Shown here piece after piece: positions 41,301 through 53,300 of a stretch of DNA of 64,000 nt. The first letter of the stretch is position 1, and each line of letters opens with the position of its first letter. The stretch comes from Heterodontus francisci (taxonomy: Eukaryota): positions 114,206,531 through 114,270,530 of the forward strand of contig NC_090383.1 of NCBI RefSeq assembly GCF_036365525.1, read 5' to 3'. Under the pieces are notes generated by a model. That model saw only the letters and a list, made by a program, of their open reading frames with translations. It was not told the origin of the DNA and made no database searches. The position numbers and the translations under genes were made by a program.

Positions 41301-44300
41301 GTCTTTTGCATAAAAATGTTATATTCCTAAAGAAAAACCCCAATAGGGCCCCACCCTCCCATTCCTTTTGCTCTTGGTTACTCTGGTGTCATGAATGGCA
41401 AGGATAAAGCTCACGCTTTTCAGAGCAGCTTCAGTAATTTTCACCACAGTCCCAACATCAGACTGGCCAGATACTGTCCTGCAGCTGTCTAACTGCTATG
41501 AGCAAAAGAAGCAATTAATGAATGGCAGCCTGGAGAAATTGTTACTGCTAGAGAAGCCGGTGTGAATGGGAGTCCACTGCTTTGCTACTGAAGAAACCAG
41601 GATGAATCTAATGCTTCACAAGTGACATCAGACAATCACTCTTTCTCATGTCACCTCACCTACCCAGACACAATGTAATTTTATTTACCTCAGGTAGGCA
41701 GAATTCTGGTACAGAGTCAACAAACACTCGGCCAGCACAATCTTTCAGCTCCTACAGCAGAAACAGCAAATTAGTACTGTTAAAATCATATGTAAGATAT
41801 TACAAGTAAATATTGAATTGGTTATGAATGACTGAGGTAAAAGCTGCGCCATATTCGCAGAGTTTAATCCCCTTCCCACTTTGTGAAGTCAACATGGGAG
41901 CATCCCAAGGTTCCATCCTTAATCTCCTCTTCTGCCTTACCTGCATGCCGTCACTCAGTGGTGTCACCATAGGGACAGAGTCACCCCATGTGCATGCTGC
42001 CAAAACTCTACATTTGCACCTCCCTGCCACTTCCTTTGACTTCACGATAACCATTGTGCTGTCAGACATGATGAGAATCCACAAGAACTGTCTTCCAATG
42101 CATCATTTTTTATCCTGTGTCTCTTGTTAAAAATTCGGAGTACCTGATCGCAACCGGAGTGTTATAGGAACTTAGGAGTAGGCCATTCAGCCCCTCAAGC
42201 CTATTACATTATTCAGTGGGATCATGACTAATCTACATAAAAACATAAGAAATAGGCACAGGAGTAGGCCATTCAGCCCCTCAAGCCTGCCCCGCCATTC
42301 AATAAGATCATGGCTGATCTGTCCCAGGCCGCAACTCCTCTTTCGGGCCTGCTCCGCATAACCCTCGACTCCCCAAGATTTCAAAAAATCTACCTACCTC
42401 CTCCTTAAATACATTTAGTGACCTAGCCTCCACAACTCTCTGAGGTAGAGAATTCCAGAGACTCACCACCCTCTGAGAGAAGAAATTCCTTCGCATCTCA
42501 GTTTTAAATGTGTGCCCCCTTATTTTGTAACTATGTCCCCTAGTTTGAAATTCCCCCACCAGTGGAAACATATTCTCAACATCTATCCTGTCAAGCCCCC
42601 TTAGAATCTTATATGTTTCAATAAGGCCACTTCTCATTCTTCTAACCTCCAATGAATAAAGGCCTAACCTGTTTAGCCATTCTTGATTAGGCAACCCTTT
42701 CATCCCAGGAATCAGCCTAGTGAACCTTTTCTGAACTGCCTCCAATGCTAGTACATGCTTCTTTAAATATGGGGACCAAAACTGTATGCAGTACTCCAGG
42801 TGTGGCCTCACCAACGCCCTGTACATTTGTAACAAGACTTCCCTATTATTAAACTCTAACCCCCTAGCAATAAAGGCCAAAATTCCATTTGCCTTCCTAA
42901 TTACTTGCTGCACCTACATGCTAACTTTTTGTGTTTCATGTACAAGAACACCCAGATCCCTCTGTACTGCAGTATTTTGTAGTCTTTCTCGATCTAAATA
43001 ATAATCCGCCTTTTTATTCTTCCTACCAAAGTGGATGACCTCACACTTTCCCATAGTGAATCCATTCCCATCTGTATCCTAACTCCATTTACCTGCGTGG
43101 CTCCATATCCCTTAACACTCTTACCAAACAGAAAATGTTAGATTTGAAATGATTAATCGAGCTAGTATCTACTGCTTTTTGTGGGAAAGAGTTCCATACT
43201 TTTACCACCCTTTGACCGAATAAGAGTTTCCAAACTTCTCTTGTGAATAGCCTAGTCTGATTTTAAGGTTATGCCCCCTATTTACTCTATTAATTTCTTT
43301 CATAATCCTTAAAACCCCAATCATATCACCCCTTAACCTTCTATATTCCAGGGAATAAAAGGCTAGTTTAGGTAATGCATCCTCATAATTTAACCCTTGG
43401 AGCCCTGGTAACATTAAGCACTCCTTCCAAAGTCAATATATCCTTTCTAAGGTGTAGTGCCCAGAACTATACACAGTACTCCAGATGTGGTCAAAACAGG
43501 ACTTTGTATAACTGTAGCAAACCCCACCCAACCCCCCTCCAACATTTTATATTCTTGCCCTCTAGAAAGCAACAGGTGCATTTCAGGCACTTCCATTGGG
43601 AAGGAGGCAGAATCAAAAATGGAAAGGTGCCTTTATATTGCTGCTGTGTACTTCCTATTGACTGCTTATAGAGAATTTACAGGTGGAAGTGCCAGGCATA
43701 ATCTCCAGGTCTTTCTCTTTAGTGGAAATGATATACATCACTGGAGACACCAGGGAGGGGGAGAGAGAGACACACACACAAATAACTCAACATTTTCTCA
43801 CCCAAATTAAGGAAAAAGAAAAAAAAATTTGTGAATAATTATGATCAGTATTCAGCATGAATTTTCTCACACTTGGAAAGTGCACAGCTCCTACTATACC
43901 TTTTCTAGCATGGTATTTCCATCTTTTGAAATCCAGCCTGGTAGCTTAGAAAGTCTTGGGCTTAGGGAGAAAAACAAACATGGTTTAAAAAAATACCTTT
44001 GTCCCGATCAAAATGTTTTCATTTATATTGTAATGATGCTTAAAGGCCTCTTGATAAAAGCACCATTGGTCAGAGACTGGTACTTGTAATACAGCAGTGA
44101 GGTGACCAGAGTTATACTGCAGAGTGCTGAATCACACTCTGCAAAAGAATTACAGAGCTCTGTGCATGCACCCTTGTAGCCACATGCAAAGGTCTCTTCA
44201 CCAACACCTGAACACTGGTTAAAGTTTAGCATTGACCAGAAACTGAACTGGACCAGCTACATAAATACTGTGGCTACAAGAGCAGGTCAGAGGCTGGGAA

Positions 44301-47300
44301 TTCTGCAGTGAATAACTCACTTCCCAATTACCCAAAGCCTGTCCACCACCTACAAGGCACATGTCAGGAGTGTGATGGAATACTCCCCACTTGCCTAAAT
44401 GAATGCAGCTCCAACAACATTTAAGAAGCTCAACACCATCCAGGACAAAGCTGTCCACTTGATTGGCACCCTATCCACCACCTTCAACATTTACTCCTTC
44501 CACCACCGGTGCACAGTGACAGCAGTGTGTACCATCTACGAGATTCCCTGCAGCAACTCGTCAATTCCTTCGACAGCACCTTCCAAACCTGCGACCTCTA
44601 CCAACTAGAAGGACAAGGGCAGCAGATGCATGGAACGCCACCACCTGCAAGATTTAATTTGCTACATAAGCACTACAATACTACATTAAAAAGTCAAGGA
44701 GGTACTGAAAAGTGCAGACTTCAAGGTGATTTAACTGAGGTATTTAAAGCTATGAAGGTAACAGCCTACATTTGTATGAACAGACTATCTGAATAGGATA
44801 GGTTATGGAAAACAAAGTGTCATCACGTGTATAAGTTATGAAAGCATAGGATTAGGTTAGACATCAAGTGATGGATTTGCTGCAACAATTCAAAATGAAT
44901 CTAGACAAGTTCTTTGCTGTGGTTAATAGCACTATGGATAACAGGTGGGTCTGATGTAGTGTATGGACCTCACAGACACTATGATCTCCTGGAACTTCTT
45001 TTGATCACCTCTGGAAATCAGATAGGAATTCCCCAAAATTTTTATTCCCTGAAATGGTCTAGGATTTGTTAACTTATTCTTGCCTCTCCCAGGAGGTTAT
45101 ATGGCTGTTGGTAGACAAGGCCACTGGAGGGACACGATGCCGAGTTCCATCATGACTGTTTGGGACAAGATCCATGGACCATCCAGTCTTCTCTTATTCA
45201 CGCCTTCGTATGTCCCTCACACGTGAGCACAGACAGTCAGCGTCAGCAGGCTATTTGACTATAGATAGCATTACATCCAAGCCCCAAGCCTAATCCATTC
45301 ATCATTCATGTCCACATAGGAAGAGTTTCCAGATTGGAGGGTGGGGTCACTGGATATTGATTTGAAGAGCTATTAGTGTGAAGGAATCCAGCCATAGAGG
45401 GGTCATAAGGTTAAAAGCATTACTTTTCTATGAACGAGGGTTAAAATCTTTTTTAAAAAGGATTCATCTTCCTAAAAAGGTTTAAAAAAAGTTCATTTCT
45501 ATAATACTAAAAGCCTCAGTGATAAAGCTTGCCTCATTTTAGAACATAAAGGCAGTTTCTGATAAGACGGATCTGCTTATAATGTCACAAACCTCACTAA
45601 ACTGTAAAACATTGATAACATAATTTTGAAATTGTCACAAAAGCGACCATAGTGTAATGGTTGATAAGATGGTTTTATGCTGACAGCCCTAAACCACAGT
45701 CAACTGAATTTTTGACCAAACTAACCAAACCCAAAAACGGAATTATAGTCGCTTGGTAGTACAGGACTTGAGTATTGCTGAAAAAAGAGACAAAGCTTTT
45801 TGTCTCGTACACATCAGGACAGACACAAGAATGCCAAATTTCAAAGGAAGCAACAATTTACATTACATGAGAAAATGGTGGTGATTGGTCAAGGCATTGC
45901 CATGGAGAATGCACCAGGGAACTATTGTCCCCTACGCTTTTGTTTAATTCAAAATAGGCACAAAGCCTGGATATGTTCCTGTTCACTGCAGAGGACAAGT
46001 CCCTGTGTATGAATACACATACAAACATACAAATTAGGAGCAGGAGTAGGCCACTCGGCCCTTTGAGCCTTCTCCGCCATTCAATAAGTTCATGGCTGAA
46101 CTGATCACTCCACATTTCCACCTACCCCAGATAACCTTCCACCCCCTTGCTCATCAAGAATCTATCTACCTCTGCCTTAAAATTATTCAAAGACTCTGCT
46201 TCCACCGCCTTTTCAGGAAGAGAATTCCAAAGACTCACGATCCTCAGAGAAATTCTTTTCCTCATCTCTGTCTTAAATGGGCGGGCGACCCCTTATTTTT
46301 AAAGTGACCCCTAGTTCGAGATTCTTCTACAAGGAGAAACATCCTTGCCACATCCGCCCTGTCAAGACCCCTCAGGATCATATGTTTCAATCAAGTCGCC
46401 TCTTACTCTTCTAAATTCCAGTGGATACAAACCTAGCCTGTCCAATCTTTCCTCGTAAGACAGCCCCCCCCATTCCAGGTATTAGTCTAGTAAACCTTCT
46501 CTGTACTGCCTCCAATGCATCTATATCCTTCCTTAAATAAGGAGACCAGTACTGTACACAGTACTCCAGATGTGGTCTCACCAATGCCCTGTATAACTGA
46601 AGCATAACCTCCCTACTTTTGTATTCAATTCCCCTCACGATAAACAACAATATTCTATTAGCTTTCCTAATTATGTGCTGTACCTGCATACTAACCTTTT
46701 GCGATTCATGCACTAGGACACCCTGATCCCTCTGCATCTCAGAGCTCTGCAATCTCTCACCATTTCGATAATGCTTCTTTTTTCTTCCTGCCAAAGTGGA
46801 CAATTTTACACTTTCCCACATTATACTCCATTTGCCAGGTCTTTGCCCACTCACTTAACCTATCTATATCCCTTTGTAGCCCCCATATGTCCTCTTTGCA
46901 AGTTACTTTCCTACCTATCTTTGTGTCATCAGCAAATGTAGCAATCATACCTTCATTTAAGTAATTTATATAAAGCTTCCAGCAAGTGTGACGGAAATCT
47001 CACATGCCAAATGGAAAATATTAATTTTGTTGCATGGAACTTTGCCTAAGACCTTTACTGGACATTATTACAAATAACTTTAAAAAAAACAGAATGCAGC
47101 CAAAATGGTCACGAATTTGCATGTGAAAAAAAGTGAAGAATCAGCCGAAGACAGAGGTAATTACCCAGTCTAGCCATAATAATAGGGGGGTTCTCTGATT
47201 AAATTACCTAGAATGATTTTGACAAAGTTGATAGTCAAAAGCCATTGACACCCATTGACTTTGAAAGAGCCAAACCCCCACTACCAAGTACGTCTGAATT

Positions 47301-50300
47301 TCAAAAATCCTTCCAGAAGGTGCTGTTTCAAACAAAGAGGTGGTCACTTGACATGACTACCTGTGTAACTCATAGTTTGTGAGTTGTGCCTCAGAAAGCA
47401 GACAGTAGCTGAATTGCAGGGAAGCAACATCTCTCTCTCCCTCTCCAGCAAAGTCCCAGGGAAGCCTTGGCTGCAGCAAAACCTCAAATCTACAGATCCT
47501 CACAGTCAGCAACAAAGAGGACGGATAAAGCCTCTCTTCGACCTTCTGGAATCAGAGAAGCAAACCCAAATTGTGCATGTGGTTCAGCGAGAACTTCAAG
47601 ACTTTAACTTCAACTAAATACACTGGGACCCAGTGACAATGAGACCCAGTATTTAAATCCCATTAAAAAAAAAATTCATTCATGGGCTCTGGGCGTCGCT
47701 GGCCAGGCCAGCATTTATTGCCCATCCCTAATTGCCCTCGCGAAGGTGATGGTGAGCTGCCTTCTTGAACCGCTGCAGTCCATGTGAGGTAGGTACACCC
47801 ACAGTGCTGTTAGGAAGGGAGTTCCAGGATTTTGACCCAGTGACAGTGAAGGAACGGCAATATAGTTCCAAGTCAGGATGGTGTGTGACTTGGAGGAGAA
47901 CTTGCAGGGAATGATGTTCCCATGCATTTGCTGCCCTTGTCCTTCTAGTTGGTACAGGTTGTGGGTTTGGAAGGTGCTGTCTAAGGAGGCTTGGTGAGAT
48001 TCTGCAGTGCATCTTGTAGATGGTACATACTGCTGCCACTGTGCGTCGGTGGTGCAGGGAGTGAATGTTTGAGGATGGGGCACCAATCAAGCGGGCTTCT
48101 TTGTCCTGGATGGTGTCGAGCCTCTTGAGTGTTGTTGGAGCTGCACCCGTCCAGGCAAGTGGAGATTATTCCATCACACTCCTGACTTGTGCCTTGTAGA
48201 TGGTGGACAGGCTTTGGGGAGTCAGGAGGTGAGTTACCCGCCGCAGGATTCCTAGCCTCTGACTTGCTCTTGTAGCCATGGTATTTAAATGGCTACTCCA
48301 GTTCAGTTTCTGGTCAATGGTAGTCCTAGGATGTTGATAGTGGGGGATTCAGCGATGGTAATGCCATTGAATGCCAAGGGGAGATGGTTAGATTTTCTCT
48401 TGTTGGAGATGGTCTTTGCCTGGCACTTGTGTGGCACGAATGTTACTTGCTACTTATCAGCCCAAGCCTGCATATTGTCCAAGTCTTGCTGCATTTCTAC
48501 ACGGACTGCTTCAGTATCTGAGGGGTCGCGAATGGTGCTGAACATTGTGCAATCATCAGCGAACATCCCTACTTCTGACATTATGATTGAAGATGGTTGG
48601 GCCTAAGACACTACCCTGAGGAACTCCTGCAGTGATGTCCTGAAGCTGAGATGATTGACCTCTAACAACTACAACCATCTTCCTTTGCGCTAGGTACGAT
48701 TGCAACCAGCAGAGTTTTCCCCTTGATTCACATTGACTCCAGTTTTGCCAGGGCTCCTTGATGCCTTACTCGGTCAAATGCTGCCTTGATGTCAAGGGCA
48801 GTCACTCTCACCTCAACTCTTTAGTCCACATTTAAACAAGGCTTTAATGAGGTCAGCAGCTGAGTGGCCCTGGCAAAATCCAAACTGAGCAGGTTATTGC
48901 TAATCAAGTGCCGCTTGACAGCACTGTCAATGACACCTTCCATCACTTTACTGTTGATCGAGAGTAGACTGATGGGTTGGATTTGTCCTGCTTTTTGTGT
49001 ACAGGACATACCTGGGCAATTTTCCACATTGCCAGGTAGATGCCAGTGTTGTAGCTGTACTGGAACAGCTCGGCTAGGGGCGCGACAGGTCCTAGAGCAC
49101 AGGTCTTCAGTACTATTGCTGGAATGTTGTCAGGGCCCATAGCCTTTGCAGCATCCAGTGCCTTCAGTCGTTTCTTGATATCATGCAGAGTGAATTGAAT
49201 TGGCTGAAGACTGGCATCTGTGATGCTGGGGACTTCAGGAGGAGGCCGAGATGGGTCATCAACTCGGCACTTCTGGCTGAAGGTTGTTGCAAATGCTTCA
49301 GCCTTATCTTTTGCACTGATGTGCTGGGCTCCCCCATCATTGAGGATGGGGATATTTATGGAGCCACCTCCTCCAGTTAGCTCTTTAATTGTCCACCACC
49401 ATTCACGACTGGATGTGGCAGGACTGCAGAGGTTAGATCTGATCCATTGGTTGTGGGATCGCTTAGCTCTGTCTATTGCATGCTGCTTACGCTGTTTGGC
49501 ACGCAAGTGGTCCTAGGTTGTAGCTTCACCAGCTTGACACCTCATTTTGAGGTATGCTTGGTGCCACTCCTGACATGCCCTCCTGCACTCTTCATTCAAC
49601 CAGGGTTGATCCCCTGGCTTGATGGTAATGGTAGAGCGGGGGATATGCCGGACCATGAGGTTACAGATTTTGGTTGAGTACAATTCTGCTGCTGCTGATG
49701 GTCCACAGCGCCTCATGGATGCCCAGTTTTGCATTGCTGGATCTGTTCGAAATCTATCCCATTTAGCACGGTGGTAGTGCCACACTACACAATGGACTGT
49801 ATCCTCAATGTGAAGACGGGACTTCATCTCCACAAGGACTGTGCGGTGGTCACTCCTACCAATAGTCTCATGAACAGATACATCTGCGGCAGGCAGCTTG
49901 GTGAGGATGAGGTCAAGTATGTTTTTCCTTCTTGTTGGTTCCCTCACCGCCTGCCGCAGACCTAGTCCAGCAGCTACGTCCTTTAGGACTCGGCCAGCTC
50001 GGTCAGTAGTGGTGCTACCGAGCCACTCTTGATGATGGACATTGAAGTCCCCCACCCAGAATACATTCTGTGCCCTTGCCACCCTCAGTCCTTCCTCCAA
50101 GTGGTGTTCAATATGGAGGAGTACTGATTCATCAGCTGAGGCGGGGGGCAGTAGGTGGTAATCAGCAGGAGGTTTCCTTGCCCATCTTTGACCTAATGCC
50201 ATGAGACCTCATAGGGTCTGGAGTCGATATTGAGGACTCCCAGGGCAACTCCCTCCCGATTGTATATCACTGTGCCATCACATCTGCTGGGTCTGTCCTG

Positions 50301-53300
50301 CCAGAGGGACAAGATGTACCCAGGGATGGTGATAGTCATGTCTGGGACATTGTAAGATATGATTTGGTGAGTATGACTATGTCAAGCTGTTGCTTAACTA
50401 GTCTGTGGAACAGCTCTCCCAATTTTGGCATAAGCCCCCAGGGGCTCGTAAGGAGGACTTTGCAGGGTCGACAGGGCTGGGTTTGCTGCTTTCATTTCCG
50501 GCATCTAGGTCAATGCCGGGTGGCCTGTCCGGTTTCATTCCTTATCGACATTTTAGCGGTTAGGTACAATTGAGTGGCTTGCTAGGCCATTTCAGAGGGC
50601 ACGTAAGAGTCAACCACATTGCTGTGAGTCTGGAGTCACGTGTAGGCCAGACCAGGTAAGGACAGCAGATTTCCTTCCCTAAAGGACATTAGTGAACCAG
50701 ATGGGTTTTTACAACAATCGACAATGGTTTCATGGCCATCATTAGACTAGCTTTTGCTTTTAATTCCAGAATTTTTTGTGTTTATTAACTGAATTCAAAT
50801 TCCACCTTCTGCCATGGTGGGATTAGAACCCATGTCCCCAGGGGAATATCTGAGTCTCTGGATTACTAGTCCAGTGACAATACCACTACGCCCCAATAAT
50901 CTGGTTGAAACTCGTCTGGAGGACAGTAATCTCAACTGGTTCCTTTCCTTTAGGGATAATTAGATCACTCCTTCAGACCCATTCAAGTGTCTTTGGGATC
51001 TGTCTTTCTCAATTTAAGTTGAGAGTGACCATCTGAGAAGCAGGGCTGATCCAGGCTAGGATTATAATCCACTACACTGGAAAATTGCAGAGATTTTCCC
51101 TTATTTCTCATGTAGAAATTTCAGGCTATTGTGGACAAGTTTTGATACTCCCTGTAGCCTAAATCAGATTGTTAAATTGTTTCATTTCAGTACTCGATTG
51201 TTTTACAATTGTTAGTCACCACTCCCTCCCGAGTTTATGTGGTTAGCATTCTTCCCGCCTCCCATTTTGTGCTGGTACTTCTTGCCCCTGCACATCCTCA
51301 TTCATGTTACCACTCAAACAACCCCCACTCCCCCACCCCCAGTTCACACTGGCACTCCTTTCACTCCACTGTTCCAAAGGATTGAACTTCTCTGTACACT
51401 GCTAAGCACAGTTCCAGCTCTTGCAAAAATCAGGGGCTTTTTTGCCCACCCAGTACAATCCCACTGGAAAAACAGCAGCAGCATCAGGTAGGAGCAGGAC
51501 AATATTTGTGGCGCGGTGGATTTAGTGGGGAGTACATGAGAGACAGGATTTTCATATATTTTGTGTTTACAAAACACTGCAGCCATGGCCCACAGCTCCA
51601 GCAATCAGCAGTGGGAACACGGGCTGATTTTTGTTAGTTGGAGCCTGGGGTCCCTGATTTTCCACCCTTATCGTTACCCAGTTTAGCTACTGTAATTCAG
51701 AAGAGACTGGGGCTTTAACCTGGGGCGTTTCTAGTATGTACATCACAATTTTACATCAGTTGATGTGTATTTGACAAAATGAATCATCTGTGGAGCCTCT
51801 GTGATTTACAATTTTAAATGTCACCTAGAAATGTTAAGAAATTCAATCAGAGAAGCTTACCTGTGGACAAGTGGCAAAGGCAGGAAGTGGAGGGCTGAGG
51901 TCATATCTAACCCACAGTCCAGCATGATGGTGGTGGACTTGAACTTCAGGATATTGCATGGCAATGTCGGATGACCAGACAAGCAGTACTAAGGGAGGAA
52001 GCAAAAGAACAGGATTTCATTCCTCAAGGAAACATACAAACACATATGAACACAGAGAAGCAGTAATAAGAATAAATATACTTCTCCAATTAAAGGTGAC
52101 CACTTAGCCCATTGGAACTTCCTGAATTAAGTCCCCAATTGGCTGGAGCAACTTGCTGGTTATAATTTATTTTAAAAACCAAATAGATTCCAGCTAGCAG
52201 TGGTATCATTTCCCACACCTGCCTCCCCAAGACATTGAATCTTGCAGGTTATTGATCCAGTCGTTACTCAGTGGGCACCCGGTCACTTGCTTCAGTGGCT
52301 GTTAGACAGCAATCACCAACAACCTGCATTTATATAGGCACTTCACAGAATGGAAGGAAAATAAAATGGATGTCAATTCAAAGGAGGAAATATTAGACGG
52401 GGTGAGCAAAGGCTTGGTCAGGGGTGGGCTTAAAGGAAAAATGAAAGCTGGAGAGAAGCTGTTTACGAAAACTCTCTGCTGGTTGGAGTCATACCTAGCA
52501 CAAAAGAAGATTATTGTGGTTGTTGGAGGTCAATCATCCTAATCCCAGGACATCGCTACAGGAGTTCCTCAAGGTAGTGTCCTAGGCCCAACCACCTTCA
52601 GCTTCATCAATGACCTTCCCTCCATCATAAGGTAAGAAGTGGGGACGTTCACTGATGACTGCACAATGTTCAACCCTGTTCGCGATTCCTCAGATACTGA
52701 AGCAGCCGATGCCCAGATGCAGCCAGACCTGGATAACATCGAGGCTTGGGCTGATAAGTGGCAAGTAACATTCGCGCCACACAAGTGCCAGGCAATGACA
52801 CTCTCAAACAAGAGAGAATCTAACCATCTCCCCTTGATATTCAATGGCATTACCTTTGCTAAATCCCCCACTATCAACACCCTGGGAGTTACCAAGGACC
52901 AGAAACTGAACTGGACCAGCCTCATAAATGCTGAGGCCACAAGAGCAGGTCAGAGGCTAGGAATTCTGTGGCGTGTAACTCACCTCCTATCTCCCCAGTG
53001 CCTGTCCACCATCTACAAGGTACAAGTCAGGAGTGTGATGGAATACTCTCCACTTGCCTGGATGGGTGCAGTTCCAACAACACTCAAGAAGCTTGACACC
53101 ATCCAGGTCAAAGCAGCCCGCTTGCTTCCAAACAGCACCTTCCAAACCTGCGACCTCTACCACCTAGGAGGACAATGGTAGCAGATGCATGGGAACACCA
53201 CCACCTGCAAGTTCCCATCCAAACCACACAGCATCCTGACTTGGAACTACATTGCTGTTCCTTCACTGTTGCTGAGTCAAAATGCTGGAACTCCCTTCCT

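Larger units (their letters stand above)
45377..51076 (+). mobile_element. Related LTR-like copy, carrying nested CR1 and LINE-B insertions
   Basis: 45377-45750 matches the start and 50894-51076 matches the end of the 59949-62296 element; the middle differs and the flanks (TTAG/CTGG) are not a clean TSD. Confidence 0.6.

Noticed and set aside
42308-42913. 201-aa ORF as a host gene (likewise 14539-15225, 48943-50202, 52639-53181)
   Set aside because: Fragments of LINE ORF2 with multiple homologues in the window.
50815-50893. tRNA gene (also at 34338, 25723, 40631 and ~11790)
   Set aside because: These A/B boxes are SINE heads continuous with SINE bodies; no complete cloverleaf.
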